A DNA stretch of 64,000 nucleotides from Collinsella sp. Its GTDB lineage: Bacteria; Actinomycetota; Coriobacteriia; Coriobacteriales; Coriobacteriaceae. Of this stretch, positions 8,185 to 17,893 are shown one piece after another. How positions within the stretch are numbered: position 1 is the first letter of the stretch; every line of letters begins with the position of its first letter. Under the pieces are notes generated by a model. That model was not told the origin of the DNA. It made no database searches and was given only the letters and a program-made list of their open reading frames with translations. Made by a program: the position numbers and the translations under genes. The stretch covers positions 432 to 64,431 of the forward strand of contig DBFOME010000039.1 in the NCBI GenBank assembly GCA_048430645.1. The letters are read 5' to 3'.

Positions 8185-8231
8185 ATATCACCCCAGTGAT
8201 AGTGTACCAACAACTATCACTGGGGTGATAT
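8185..8231 (-). terminator. Rho-independent terminator of engB
   Basis: 19-bp arms ATATCACCCCAGTGATAGT / ACTATCACTGGGGTGATAT. On the minus strand they are followed by TTTTTGTTTG. Confidence 0.75.
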
Positions 8232-8267
8232 AGATAGATGCAAACTATTGCCTGCCATGAGCCCTTA

Positions 8268-8858
8268 CTAGAGACAGGCCTCGGCGATGCGCTTTTTGAG
8301 TTCGTCGATGCCGGTGCCGGTCTGGGAGCTTGTAATGATTACGTTCTCGGCCGGGACGTTGAGCTGCTTTTTGATGGCTGCTGCCTGGCGGGCCTGCTGG
8401 GTGCGGCTGAGCTTGTCGGCCTTGGTGAGGCAGACGATAAAGTTGAACTCGTTGCCCTGCAGGTAGTCGATCATGTCATGATCGAGCTTACTGGGGTCGT
8501 GGCGAATGTCCACCAGCGACACGACCAGGTTAAAGCTGCGCTCGGAGTCGAAGAAGTCGCCGATGAGCTCGGCCCAGCGGTCGCGCTCAGCCTTGGAACG
8601 GCGGGCGAAACCGTAACCCGGCAGGTCGACAAAGTGCACGTCGTCGGCCTCGAAGAAATTGATGTTGCTCGTCTTGCCCGGCGTGCTCGAAACCTTGACC
8701 AGGTTCTTGCGGCCGAAGAGCTTGTTCATGATGGAGGACTTGCCCACGTTGGAGCGGCCCACAAAGCTCACCTCGGGACAGGTGGACTCGGGAATCTGCG
8801 AAACCTTGCCGTAGCTGGCGACGAACTTGGCAAGCTGATAGTTAATGGAATCGGCCAT
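8268..8858 (-). CDS. engB: Ribosome biogenesis GTP-binding protein YsxC/EngB
   Basis: G1 motif GRSNVGKSS, G3 motif DLPGYG, 196 aa. AAGGAG SD 5 nt before ATG 8858. Confidence 0.9.
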   Translation of the reverse strand: MADSINYQLAKFVASYGKVSQIPESTCPEVSFVGRSNVGKSSIMNKLFGRKNLVKVSSTPGKTSNINFFEADDVHFVDLPGYGFARRSKAERDRWAELIGDFFDSERSFNLVVSLVDIRHDPSKLDHDMIDYLQGNEFNFIVCLTKADKLSRTQQARQAAAIKKQLNVPAENVIITSSQTGTGIDELKKRIAEACL

Positions 8859-8897
8859 GGACACTCCTTGGTCGTAGGTTTTTACAAAACGGGCGTG

Positions 8898-9638
8898 CTA
8901 TTGCGCGGCGGCAATACGACGAACGATGTCGAGCGTGATGCCGCTTGCGGTGCGAGCGTACTCATCCAGATCGAACTCGCGCTCGCAAAACGCGTCATAT
9001 GCCTCGTCACAATTATCGCTGATAGCGCGCAGCACCAGGCAATCGACACCATTCTTGGCCGCGATGTGCGCAATTGCCGCGCCCTCCATCTCGACGCAAT
9101 CGGCATGCGTGGCCTCAATCGCAGCGTTACGCATGGCGTCACCCGTAACAAAGCGGTCACCCGTGGCGATAGTGCCACACAGGAACTGCTTGGGGTCCTT
9201 CTTCGCAGAAGTCTCATCCGCCGAGGCATCCACAAATCCATGCTCGGCAAGCACGGCGGCGGCAACATCAGCCAACGCCGGCGTCGAGACAAACTCCTCG
9301 AGCCCCGGCGCGGACTCGGCGATGAGTGCCGTATCGGTATCCAGATAGCGCAGGCACTTGCCTATAACCACGTCGTTAATATGCAGTTTAGGGTTTAGGC
9401 CTCCCGCGATACCTGAAAACACAACGGCCTGCGGGGCGTATTTGCTGATGAGATGCTGCGTTGCGGCAGCGGCGTTCACGGTACCCATGCCAGCGGTCGT
9501 GGCGACCACCGTCAGACCGTCAAGCTCGCCGCTCACAACGGTCAAGCCCGCCTCCTGCGCCTCATGTGCGCCACTCAGCTCTTCCTTAATCTGCGCAACC
9601 TCTTTTTCGAGTGCGCCTATGATCGCGATGGTTGCCAT
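8898..9638 (-). CDS. mtnN: 5-methylthioadenosine/S-adenosylhomocysteine nucleosidase
   Basis: MATIAIIGALEKEV...VVFSGIAGGL...VEMEGAAIAH is the typical PNP_UDP_1 MTAN pattern. ATG 9638 follows a GGGGGA SD. Confidence 0.85.
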   Translation of the reverse strand: MATIAIIGALEKEVAQIKEELSGAHEAQEAGLTVVSGELDGLTVVATTAGMGTVNAAAATQHLISKYAPQAVVFSGIAGGLNPKLHINDVVIGKCLRYLDTDTALIAESAPGLEEFVSTPALADVAAAVLAEHGFVDASADETSAKKDPKQFLCGTIATGDRFVTGDAMRNAAIEATHADCVEMEGAAIAHIAAKNGVDCLVLRAISDNCDEAYDAFCEREFDLDEYARTASGITLDIVRRIAAAQ

Positions 9639-9717
9639 GCCATCCCCCAAATCCGTGCAAATTGCTTATCCACGGTATGGTACCAGCATTTTGGCTCTTT
9701 CACTTTTTACGAAGTCG

Positions 9718-10836
9718 CTAGGCCAACGAGGACCGCACATCATAGAGCGCCTTTGCAATCGCGGCCACGGCCTCACTCGATTGGTCGCTCCACGGCATCG
9801 ACGTCATGATGCTCATAACATAGCTATGGCCGTCGACGTCGATCAGTCCGGCATCACATGTCGAATAGCAACCGTCCTCGCTGATCCAGCCTGCCTTGTT
9901 GCGCACCGAGACCTGATCGTCCGCAATGCCATCGCGAATAAACGAGCGCGATGTTGATGCCAGAAGGCCCGACAACCACTGTGAAGTCTCGGTATCCGTG
10001 CTCAGATACTCGCTCATCTCACGCCATAACCTAGCAGAAGTGCGCGGGCAATAAGTGGGAAAATCACTCATCGGATCGAGTGCAGTATCGCAATCGATGC
10101 CAAGACCGACAATCCAATCCTCGTAACCGACACGGTCAAACGCCGCGCGTAACGCAATAAACGAATCGTTGTCCGAATTAACGACCGCGGCCTCGATCAG
10201 GTCGCGCACCGTCTGCCAGCCCATGTTGTAGCCACCATAGGTGCCAAGGGAATCATCGAGTGAGACCTGGCCCGTCTCGACCAGAGATTCGCAGATGTAC
10301 AACGCATAGAGTGCCTTGTAGCTACTCGCGCCGTAAACCTCGACATCGGCGTTATACGTCACGCCCTTGCCGCTCGACAAATCGTAAAACACCACGCCCA
10401 CATCGCCCAATTCCTGGGCCTGATCAAGGGCATCTTGGAGCGCGGCGAGGCTCCCATCCTCCAGGGCGGGGATCTGATCATCAACCAATGAGAAGGTCTG
10501 CACGGTATCGCCTGAGGGAATATCGTTAAAGTCCGCCTTCGAAAGCCTCGTCTTAAGGCTCGCTGTCGACAGGGTTTGACTTGCGGTGGCTTTAGCTTCA
10601 GAGACCTTTTTGTTTTGCATCTGTACCGTTGACGCATCTGAGTGTGCCATTCGCTCCGACGCGTAGGTTTTGGCGGTAATTCCGAGGATAATAACCGCCA
10701 ACGTTAGCATCCCAATGGCGGCAATCTTCGTCACGCGGATGCGAGTGGCAGCGAGGCCACGCGAAGGCGTGCCCTTCGTCTCATATCTGCTGCCATGCTG
10801 CGGCACATACTCGTCCCGCGATGCGTTGTTTCGCAC
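9718..10836 (-). CDS. Membrane-anchored class-A beta-lactamase-like serine hydrolase
   Basis: N-terminal TM helix IAAIGMLTLAVIILGI, then SxxK (ASSYK), SDN (NSDND) and a KTG-like KAG (NKAGW) motif. GTG start 10836 with an AGGAGA SD. Confidence 0.7.
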   Translation of the reverse strand: MRNNASRDEYVPQHGSRYETKGTPSRGLAATRIRVTKIAAIGMLTLAVIILGITAKTYASERMAHSDASTVQMQNKKVSEAKATASQTLSTASLKTRLSKADFNDIPSGDTVQTFSLVDDQIPALEDGSLAALQDALDQAQELGDVGVVFYDLSSGKGVTYNADVEVYGASSYKALYALYICESLVETGQVSLDDSLGTYGGYNMGWQTVRDLIEAAVVNSDNDSFIALRAAFDRVGYEDWIVGLGIDCDTALDPMSDFPTYCPRTSARLWREMSEYLSTDTETSQWLSGLLASTSRSFIRDGIADDQVSVRNKAGWISEDGCYSTCDAGLIDVDGHSYVMSIMTSMPWSDQSSEAVAAIAKALYDVRSSLA

Positions 10837-10992
10837 GTGGTCTCCTGACTGCTACCGTTTATATACGAGCAGCATAATACCGAGCAGGCATTTCTTTCCA
10901 AAGATATTCAGCAGCGTTTAAGGTGTCTTTAAAGAAACCACAAGCGTATTTATCCAAATGGCACGATTCTGTTGCGCATCTCTGTCCAAAAC

Positions 10993-11063
10993 GCAGTTGC
11001 GGTGAAATAGTTCCTGTTTGGGCGGCATAAGCCGATACACAAGAACTATTCCACCGCAACTTG
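10993..11063. repeat. Long imperfect inverted repeat (21-bp arms, 29-nt loop) in the upstream region of the beta-lactamase-like gene
   Basis: GCAGTTGCGGTGAAATAGTTC (10993-11013) pairs with GAACTATTCCACCGCAACTTG (11043-11063), with 2 mismatches. Confidence 0.6.
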
Positions 11064-11151
11064 ACGGGGCTCTTTAGCAATCAACTAGGTGCCCGGGGGC
11101 ACTCATTTAAGTCTGTCCCCAATGAGTGCCCTTGGGGGCGAAAATGGATCG

Positions 11152-11970
11152 CTAGCCGATGGCGTTTTTGAGTTCCGCGCGGCGCTTTTTCATGCCCGTC
11201 ATGACGGCGCTGCGCAGCTCGGGCATGCGCGCGGTATCCATCTGTGGAACGCCCTCGAGCTTATAGGGAATCCCCAGCTGCTCGTACTTGACGACACCCA
11301 TCGTGTGATACGGCAGCATTTCCAGACCGACCACGTTATGCCACGGGGCGATTAGACGACCGAGTGCCTCGCACTCCTCAACCGTATCGGTAATGCCCGG
11401 CACCACCACGTGGCGGATAACGACCTTAATCTTGCGACGGGCAAGCTCATCACCAAACGCCAGAATGCGTGCGGGATCGCAACCGGTCAGCTTTTTATGC
11501 TCGACGGGATCGGCGTGTTTAATGTCGAGCAGCACCATATCGGTCTCGTTGAGTACGGCATCGAACTTCTCGGGATGCATGGGGTCGAACGCATAGCCGC
11601 AACTATCCAAGCAGGTATGTACGCGACCATCGGGGTTATTGTGCATGGCGCGGAACAGGTCGGCCAAAAACTCAGGCTGCAGGAGCGGCTCACCGCCGGA
11701 TACCGTAATACCACCGCTGCGGTAAAACTCATGGTTGCTCTGGAACTCGTCCATGAGGTGCTCGACAGTCACCATGGTACCGCCGTTAACAGACCAAGTA
11801 TCGGGATTGTGGCAATACGCGCAGCGCATGGGACAGCCTTGGACAAACACTACGAAGCGGATGCCGGGACCGTCAACCGTCCCCATCGTCTCAATCGAAT
11901 GCACGCGGCCCAGGGCAAACGCAGAGTCCTCGGGACGAGCGTCCACACCCTCGAGCGTCATCTCAGCCAT
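11152..11970 (-). CDS. pflA: Pyruvate formate-lyase activating enzyme (radical SAM)
   Basis: GTVDGPGIRFVVFVQGCPMRCAYCHNPDTW (CxxxCxxC cluster). Start is ambiguous: ATG 11970 (purine-rich GAGAGGCAAGG upstream) or ATG 11991. Confidence 0.9.
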   Translation of the reverse strand: MAEMTLEGVDARPEDSAFALGRVHSIETMGTVDGPGIRFVVFVQGCPMRCAYCHNPDTWSVNGGTMVTVEHLMDEFQSNHEFYRSGGITVSGGEPLLQPEFLADLFRAMHNNPDGRVHTCLDSCGYAFDPMHPEKFDAVLNETDMVLLDIKHADPVEHKKLTGCDPARILAFGDELARRKIKVVIRHVVVPGITDTVEECEALGRLIAPWHNVVGLEMLPYHTMGVVKYEQLGIPYKLEGVPQMDTARMPELRSAVMTGMKKRRAELKNAIG

Positions 11971-12155
11971 TCCCGGTACCTTGCCTCTCATTGGTTTTAG
12001 CTACATAAATGCCAGAGTCATTCTAGCCCATATGCATGATGGCGAAACGGTTTAGCGGTCAATTGGGTTGCCTATTTGACCCTACGCAAAAGCGGCGGGA
12101 AGATTGTCTCAACCCGCCCGCCGCCGAGGCAATAGAAATCGATAGACGCCAGGCC

Positions 12156-13010
12156 TTACGCCTTGAGCGTGAGCACCGCGCCGAAGGCGGTCGGGCCGCA
12201 ATGGCTCGAGATGACGCCACCGACCTGAGTCCAGGTAACGTCCTTAAAGCCCAGGTCGTGCGCATAGACTTCCATGTCGTCGCGCAGCTCCTGGGAAAGG
12301 CCCACCGAATACGCCAGGCCAATGTGAGAGTAGTCGATCTCGCCCTTCGCAACCATGTGGTCAATAAAGGCGCGGGCGCATTTGAGCATAGAGCCGCGGA
12401 ACTTCTTGGTTGCCACGAACTTGCCGCCCGTCACCTCAATGCAGGGCTTAATCTTGAGCAGGTGGGCGCCCAGGAACGCGACGTTGGACAAGCGACCGCC
12501 CGCCTTAAGGAAGGCAAGGTCCGTAGGAACAAAACCCAGCAACACACGGTCCATGACGGAATTCGTAAATGCAAAGATCTCGTCGACGGTGGCATCGGGG
12601 TGAGCCTCGATGTATTTGGCGGTCTCGACGACAACGAGCGACTGACCCACCGAAACAAAACGCGTGTCCATGGAGAACACGTAGTCGCGCCCCTTGGCTG
12701 CAATCTTGGAGGACTGATGCGAGCAGGTCGTGGCCTCGGAATACGCGAGATGCAAAATAGTCGCGTCGGGCTGCTCGGCATGAATTCGGTCATACACGTG
12801 AGCAAAATCCGCAGGCGCGCAGCCACTAGTCTTGGGCATTACGCCAAACTCGTTGCAGCGTGAATAAATCTCGAGCGGATCGATCGAACCGTCCTCGACG
12901 GTCTCGTCACCAATCGTGACATGCATGGGCACGCGCACGATGCCGTAGCGCTCGCAAAGCTCCGGCGTCACATCCGACCCAGACTCAACCACGATTACGT
13001 ACTTGCCCAT
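12156..13010 (-). CDS. DegV family fatty-acid-binding protein
   Basis: MGKYVIVVESGSDVTPEL...TSGCAP...FLKAGGRLS is the typical DegV pattern. ATG at 13010. Confidence 0.8.
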   Translation of the reverse strand: MGKYVIVVESGSDVTPELCERYGIVRVPMHVTIGDETVEDGSIDPLEIYSRCNEFGVMPKTSGCAPADFAHVYDRIHAEQPDATILHLAYSEATTCSHQSSKIAAKGRDYVFSMDTRFVSVGQSLVVVETAKYIEAHPDATVDEIFAFTNSVMDRVLLGFVPTDLAFLKAGGRLSNVAFLGAHLLKIKPCIEVTGGKFVATKKFRGSMLKCARAFIDHMVAKGEIDYSHIGLAYSVGLSQELRDDMEVYAHDLGFKDVTWTQVGGVISSHCGPTAFGAVLTLKA

Positions 13011-13286
13011 TATTATCACGACCCATCTCAACATTGGCTTTTCAATACATGGCACGCGCCGCCGCACTGTTGCACAACAGCGTCCAAGCGCCAAAGAGAC
13101 GCCGCCCCTTGCACACAACAAAGGACAGCGTCTCCCTGGAAAACTCCGTGCTTATCTAGGATTCCATACGATTTATTAAGGAGGGTTACTTATTCCGCAA
13201 ACGGTCGCTATATGCGGTAAGCGGTAGTTGGCCGCGACAACTGCGACACATTCCGTCCAGTAAATCCAATCGTGCTCCACGCACGG

Positions 13287-14729
13287 TTAATGCACGAGGC
13301 GGTAGAAATTCATCGATGCCGCACCCTCGGCGTACAGCTCCATCGCCGGAACCGCCGGCGAATAGGTACGGCTCGTAAGTGCCGCCTCGCCGCCATTTGC
13401 AAAAATCTCGACCATCGTAGTGTCCGAAAGCACGCGTAGGTCGCGAAGCTCGCCGAGCTCAATCGACCTCTGGTCGCGCCCATAGCCTTCGTCACCCATA
13501 TCGAGGGTAAGCATCCCGTCCGTATAACGCACAAAGACACCCTTGCGGATTTCGAGCTCGACCATCTTGGCGCCCTCGCAGGAAACCACAAGATCAAACA
13601 GGCGGCCCGGCTCCTCAACGGTTTCACCGCCTGTCGCGCGAACGCAGTCGCCGCGCATCCTCCCAATCTCGTGCGCCGGCTGCTGGCAGAGCTTACCATC
13701 GCGCATGCTCAGCTCTCGCGGCACCGTCAACGCGCACTGCCACCCGCGCGCCACCGTCGGGTTTTCCGCCGTCGCATCGGGGCAACCCGACCATCCGATC
13801 ATCAAACGCCGGCCTGCAGCATCCTCAAAGGACTGCGGTGCGTAGAAATCAAAGCCGGCATCGACCATCGGGGGCATGCCCTGCCCGGTGATCTTAAAAC
13901 TCGGCGCCTCCCAATCGGCCTCGATAGGGAACCACACGCACTGATGCGGATTGCGGTAACGCCAACCATCGGCAGGCACACCCTGCGGACAGCAAACGAG
14001 AATAAGCTCGCCATCAAGCTCAAACAGATCAGGGCACTCCCACATAAAGCCAAACTTCTCGCCCAGCTCAATGCGCGTCGCATAGCTCCAGACCCCTAAA
14101 TCACGCGAAGTATAGACAAGCACGCAGCCACGGTCGTCTTTCGTACGAGCGCCCAGAACCATGTAGTAGATACCATCGTGCTCAAGGATCTTGGGGTCGC
14201 GCACGTGCGTACCGATATCGTCGGGGTAATCGACCGGTCCAACAGCTATGCACTTCTCGCCCAATTCGTCGGGATTCTCGGCAACCATATGAATCTGGTT
14301 TTGCTCACGGCCCGTCAACACGTAGTCGTAATCATCACGGTCAAAATGCTTGACGTTGCCGGTATAGAAGTAGTGAATCTTGCCATCGCGTACAAAGGCA
14401 GAACCAGAATACGCTCCGCTCGAATCCAAATCGGAATCGGGGAACAGCGCGGGGCCGTGATTCTCGTACGTCACAAAATCCTTTGTCGTCAGATGGTTCC
14501 AAAGCACTGGACCGCCATGCGCAGCATCGAATGGATCGTATTGGTGATAGATGTGATACGTATCACCGATCTGCACCAAACCGTTGGGGTCGTTGAGCCA
14601 GCCAAGCTCAGGCTCCACATGGAACAGGAGCCTATCGGGGTCGGACGCGACGCGAGCCGCCGTCTCATCCTGTCCGGCTCGCCACTGCCCATAGTCCGCG
14701 CGTGTCACCTTATTTTTTTGATTTAACAT
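13287..14729 (-). CDS. scrB: Sucrose-6-phosphate hydrolase (GH32)
   Basis: GH32 motifs WLNDPNG, RDP (HVRDPKI) and EC (WECPDLF). Adjacent to the sucrose-type PTS EIIBC. Confidence 0.85.
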   Translation of the reverse strand: MLNQKNKVTRADYGQWRAGQDETAARVASDPDRLLFHVEPELGWLNDPNGLVQIGDTYHIYHQYDPFDAAHGGPVLWNHLTTKDFVTYENHGPALFPDSDLDSSGAYSGSAFVRDGKIHYFYTGNVKHFDRDDYDYVLTGREQNQIHMVAENPDELGEKCIAVGPVDYPDDIGTHVRDPKILEHDGIYYMVLGARTKDDRGCVLVYTSRDLGVWSYATRIELGEKFGFMWECPDLFELDGELILVCCPQGVPADGWRYRNPHQCVWFPIEADWEAPSFKITGQGMPPMVDAGFDFYAPQSFEDAAGRRLMIGWSGCPDATAENPTVARGWQCALTVPRELSMRDGKLCQQPAHEIGRMRGDCVRATGGETVEEPGRLFDLVVSCEGAKMVELEIRKGVFVRYTDGMLTLDMGDEGYGRDQRSIELGELRDLRVLSDTTMVEIFANGGEAALTSRTYSPAVPAMELYAEGAASMNFYRLVH

Positions 14730-14751
14730 CGCCGTTGACTTTCTCGTCTAT

Positions 14752-14793
14752 GGGGAAGGACGTTCGACTCACACGAGTCGAACGTCCTTCCCC
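14752..14793 (-). terminator. Strong 19-bp hairpin between the PTS EIIBC and scrB (intra-operon attenuator or terminator)
   Basis: GGGGAAGGACGTTCGACTC-ACAC-GAGTCGAACGTCCTTCCCC. There is no clear T tract. Confidence 0.45.
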
Positions 14794-14830
14794 AAATGGA
14801 CTTATCCTCAGATTACGCTGAACGGCTCAA

Positions 14831-16282
14831 CTAGAAGCTAACGTCGAAGCCAGCGCCAGCGCCCTCTTCATCGGTGGTCGGCACGCCCTTTGCCTTGTTG
14901 TAGGCAAAGATCAAGACGATTGGCACGATGAAGGCGATGAGATTGCCAGCCACATACCACACGAGCGTCTCGGGCGTGACGATGAGCAGGCCAAGCACTC
15001 CGGTCAGACCCTGACCGATGGCGCGCACCTCAAAGAGCTTCACGAAGGCACCGCCGCAGCCTGCACCGATGCAAGCGCAGACGAACGGAATGATCGAGTA
15101 GCGCATGTTTGCAGCAAAGATTGCGGGCTCGGAGATACCGACCAGCGTCGGGATAAAGGACGACATGCAGATGTTGCGCTCTTTGGAGTGCTTCTTGTGA
15201 ATGAGATACATGCCGATGGCGCCGCCGCCCTGGGCGATGATGGAAACCGACCAGATGGCCTGGATGTAGTTGAAGCCGGTCGTGGCAACGAGGTTGGCCT
15301 CAATACCCTGGATGAACTGATGCGTACCGGTAACGACGAGCGGCTGCAGGAACGCGGCGAAGACAAAGGCGCCAAAGACGCCCATCCTGTTGTACAGGAC
15401 ATCGATTACGCCAGCGAGGACGTCGCCGATCAGGTTGCCGAGCGGGCCGAACACGGTGAACAGGGCAACGTTAGCAAGAATCAGGGTAACGGTCGGGACA
15501 AAGACAAACGAGACGACCTCGGGGATGTACTTCTGGGCAATCTTTTCGACCTTGGCCATAAACCAGGCAGTCAGGATTGCAGGGAATACGCCGCCCTGGA
15601 AAGCAACCATGGGAATGGAGAGCGGACCAAAGTTCCAGTACTCAGCACCCGTCGGGTCCATAACGAACGTGTTGCGGTTCATAAGGCTCGGGTGAACCAT
15701 GACGATACCGACGAGGATGCCCAGAATCGGGTTACCGCCAAAACGCTTGACCGCGCTGTACATAACCAGGACAGGCAGGTAGTCGAACGTGGTGGCGATA
15801 ATGGCAAAGAAGCTTGCGAGGTTCTTGAGGAACTCGCTGTGATCGGCGAGGCTGCCTTCCATGCCAAAGAGGCCGTTGGCAACGATCAGCGACTTAAGGC
15901 CGATGATGATTGCAGCGCCGACGAAGGCGGGAATGATGGGGATAAAGATGTCCGAGAATACCTTGAGGACCGAGAAGAACTTGCCCTTCTTGTCCGCCTC
16001 AGCGCCCTTGACCTCGGAAGCACTGATCTCCTTAACGCCCGTCAGAGCCATAAACTCATCGTAAACCTTGTTGACGGTACCGGTACCAAAGATGATCATG
16101 AGCTGGCCGCTGTTGTACAGCACGCCCTTGACGCCATCGATGTTCTCGAGCTCGGCCTTGTTGTATTTGCTCGTATCCTTGAGCACCAGACGCAGACGGG
16201 TCACGCAATGCGTGGCGCCCTCGATGTTCTCCAGTCCGCCGACGTTGTCGACGACTTGCTGGGACACTGCCTTGTAGTCCAT
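14831..16282 (-). CDS. scrA: PTS sucrose-family transporter subunit EIIBC
   Basis: EIIB motif ATHCVTRLRLVLKD followed by a multi-TM EIIC. ATG 16282 follows GGAGAGGAAC. Confidence 0.85.
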   Translation of the reverse strand: MDYKAVSQQVVDNVGGLENIEGATHCVTRLRLVLKDTSKYNKAELENIDGVKGVLYNSGQLMIIFGTGTVNKVYDEFMALTGVKEISASEVKGAEADKKGKFFSVLKVFSDIFIPIIPAFVGAAIIIGLKSLIVANGLFGMEGSLADHSEFLKNLASFFAIIATTFDYLPVLVMYSAVKRFGGNPILGILVGIVMVHPSLMNRNTFVMDPTGAEYWNFGPLSIPMVAFQGGVFPAILTAWFMAKVEKIAQKYIPEVVSFVFVPTVTLILANVALFTVFGPLGNLIGDVLAGVIDVLYNRMGVFGAFVFAAFLQPLVVTGTHQFIQGIEANLVATTGFNYIQAIWSVSIIAQGGGAIGMYLIHKKHSKERNICMSSFIPTLVGISEPAIFAANMRYSIIPFVCACIGAGCGGAFVKLFEVRAIGQGLTGVLGLLIVTPETLVWYVAGNLIAFIVPIVLIFAYNKAKGVPTTDEEGAGAGFDVSF

Positions 16283-16327
16283 GTTCCTCTCCATTCCTTT
16301 TCTAAATCATAAAACGGTTCGTTGCCG

Positions 16328-17710
16328 CTACAGAGACGCGATCGTTGCGTTTGCGCACTTGAGCACACCGTCGGTGACGGTAAGCGCCACACCCTGGCCC
16401 TGCTTGTTGCAGAAGCGAGCGTTGAGCGCAACATCATCGACAAAGATGGTCGCGATGTCGTCGTCGACGACCAGACGCACATGGTGAGTGCCCTCGCCCT
16501 TAAAGAACAACGGACGCTCGAGGCCCATGTTGTTGACCTGGAACCACGGGTACTGGGGAGCCGGCGTGAACTCGAGCTTGCCCTCGCGCAGGTTGGCGCG
16601 GAACTCATAGGCAAGACCGGTCTCGGCGTCCTCGGCGAACTTGACCGAGAAGCCGGCAGCGTTACCGCCGAGCTCAATGTCGGCATCGAGCAAGTAGGTG
16701 GAGCCGGCATCCGCGGCGAGCACCTGCTCGACCTTGCCCGACTCGCAGGAAAGCTCAAAGGTCTCGACTGCCTTAGCCTCGCCAAAGGCGCCAAGCATGC
16801 TGTCGGGGAGCTTGGTGCCGAGCGTTCCGTCGGCACGCTGAACGATCTCGAGGGGCATAAAGGTGCCACCCCATAGGTAAGAGCTGGGGTCGCCGCCCTC
16901 GTCACGCGTAGGAACCCAACCAAAGAGAACGCGACGCTCGCCATCGAATGCGGTGCGAGCGGCGTAGTACGCGCGGCCGTCGAAGGAGTCGTCAGCGGGG
17001 GTAATCCAAGGACCGTTGATGGACTTGGACATGCGGTAACGGGTCTTGTTGCCGTCGCTGTACTCGGAAAAGACGAGGTACCACCAGTCGCCCATCTTAA
17101 AGAGATCAGGCATCTCAAACATGGTGTACAGGCCCGGGTTCCACCAGTCGCCCTGGAACTCCCAGTTGGTCAGATCCTTGGAGGTGAACTTGACCAGGCG
17201 GCCGGTCATCAGACGCTTGTCCTCGCCCACACGCGTGCCGAGGATGAGCATGTACTCTTCGTTCTCCTCATCCCAAAGCACAAAGGGATCGCGCCAGTTG
17301 CGGTCATCGTAACCCTCCTGGGGCGGAAGCAGCGTCTCGGCGATGTTCTTCTCCCACTTGACGGCGTCGTCGCTCGTTGCGTGAAGAAGAACCTGCTTCA
17401 TCAAACGTGCGCGGACCTTATCGCGATTGCAACCAGTGTAGAGCGCATGGTACTTGTCGCCCACCTTAAACACCGTGCCGGCATAAATGTACTGGTCGAC
17501 TTCCTCGTCGCCGCCGCGCTCAAGGCTCTCGCCAAAGTCCTTGTAGTTGACGAAATCCTTGGTCGTAGCGAGTGCCCAGCCAAACGGCTCTCCGAAAGGT
17601 TCGGGGTTACGCGTGTCACGCTGATGATAGAGATAGAACGTGCCGTCCTCGCCGTACGGCATGATGTCGCCTACCCAAATTCCCTCAGGCTGGTAATACA
17701 CCTTGTGCAT
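16328..17710 (-). CDS. Second GH32 beta-fructofuranosidase-like hydrolase
   Basis: WRDPFV (RDP motif) and FEMPDLF (EC-equivalent). The N-terminal nucleophile block is VGDIMP instead of MNDPNG. ATG 17710 follows GGAAAGGAAG. Confidence 0.8.
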   Translation of the reverse strand: MHKVYYQPEGIWVGDIMPYGEDGTFYLYHQRDTRNPEPFGEPFGWALATTKDFVNYKDFGESLERGGDEEVDQYIYAGTVFKVGDKYHALYTGCNRDKVRARLMKQVLLHATSDDAVKWEKNIAETLLPPQEGYDDRNWRDPFVLWDEENEEYMLILGTRVGEDKRLMTGRLVKFTSKDLTNWEFQGDWWNPGLYTMFEMPDLFKMGDWWYLVFSEYSDGNKTRYRMSKSINGPWITPADDSFDGRAYYAARTAFDGERRVLFGWVPTRDEGGDPSSYLWGGTFMPLEIVQRADGTLGTKLPDSMLGAFGEAKAVETFELSCESGKVEQVLAADAGSTYLLDADIELGGNAAGFSVKFAEDAETGLAYEFRANLREGKLEFTPAPQYPWFQVNNMGLERPLFFKGEGTHHVRLVVDDDIATIFVDDVALNARFCNKQGQGVALTVTDGVLKCANATIASL

Positions 17711-17756
17711 CCGAGACTTCCTTTCCACGACATACTAACTCGGTACAATGGCAAGA

Positions 17757-17792
17757 TATGTCAATCGTTTTCATATGTCAAACGTTTTCACA
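17757..17792 (-). promoter_or_regulatory. Tandem LacI-type operators overlapping a TTGACA-N17-TATCTT promoter of the GH32/PTS operon
   Basis: TGTCAATCGTTTTCA (17759-17773) and TGTCAAACGTTTTCA (17776-17790). On the minus strand these read TTGACA-N17-TATCTT. Confidence 0.6.
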
Positions 17793-17822
17793 CCAATACG
17801 TCTTTTCGCAGTTCCAGTCGTC

Positions 17823-17840
17823 GGCAAACGGTTGACATAT
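17823..17840 (-). promoter_or_regulatory. Third LacI-type operator-like site
   Basis: The minus strand reads ATGTCAACCGTTTGCC, matching TGTCAWWCGTTTNCA. Confidence 0.45.
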
Positions 17841-17893
17841 GCCGGTGAACGGTCATCAGAGGCGTTTGAGGAATTCTTTTGGCACGGGATGAA

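Noticed and set aside
10859-11080. 73-aa ORF in the AT-rich gap upstream of the beta-lactamase-like gene.
   Set aside because: It has no SD and a non-ATG start, and it overlaps the inverted repeat. The region reads better as promoter or leader.
16201-17118. 305-aa alternative-frame ORF inside the second GH32 gene, and similar internal same-strand ORFs (for example 20269-20622 and 43575-44096).
   Set aside because: They are out-of-frame overlaps of well-supported genes. Their products are Pro/Arg/Ser-rich with no motifs.
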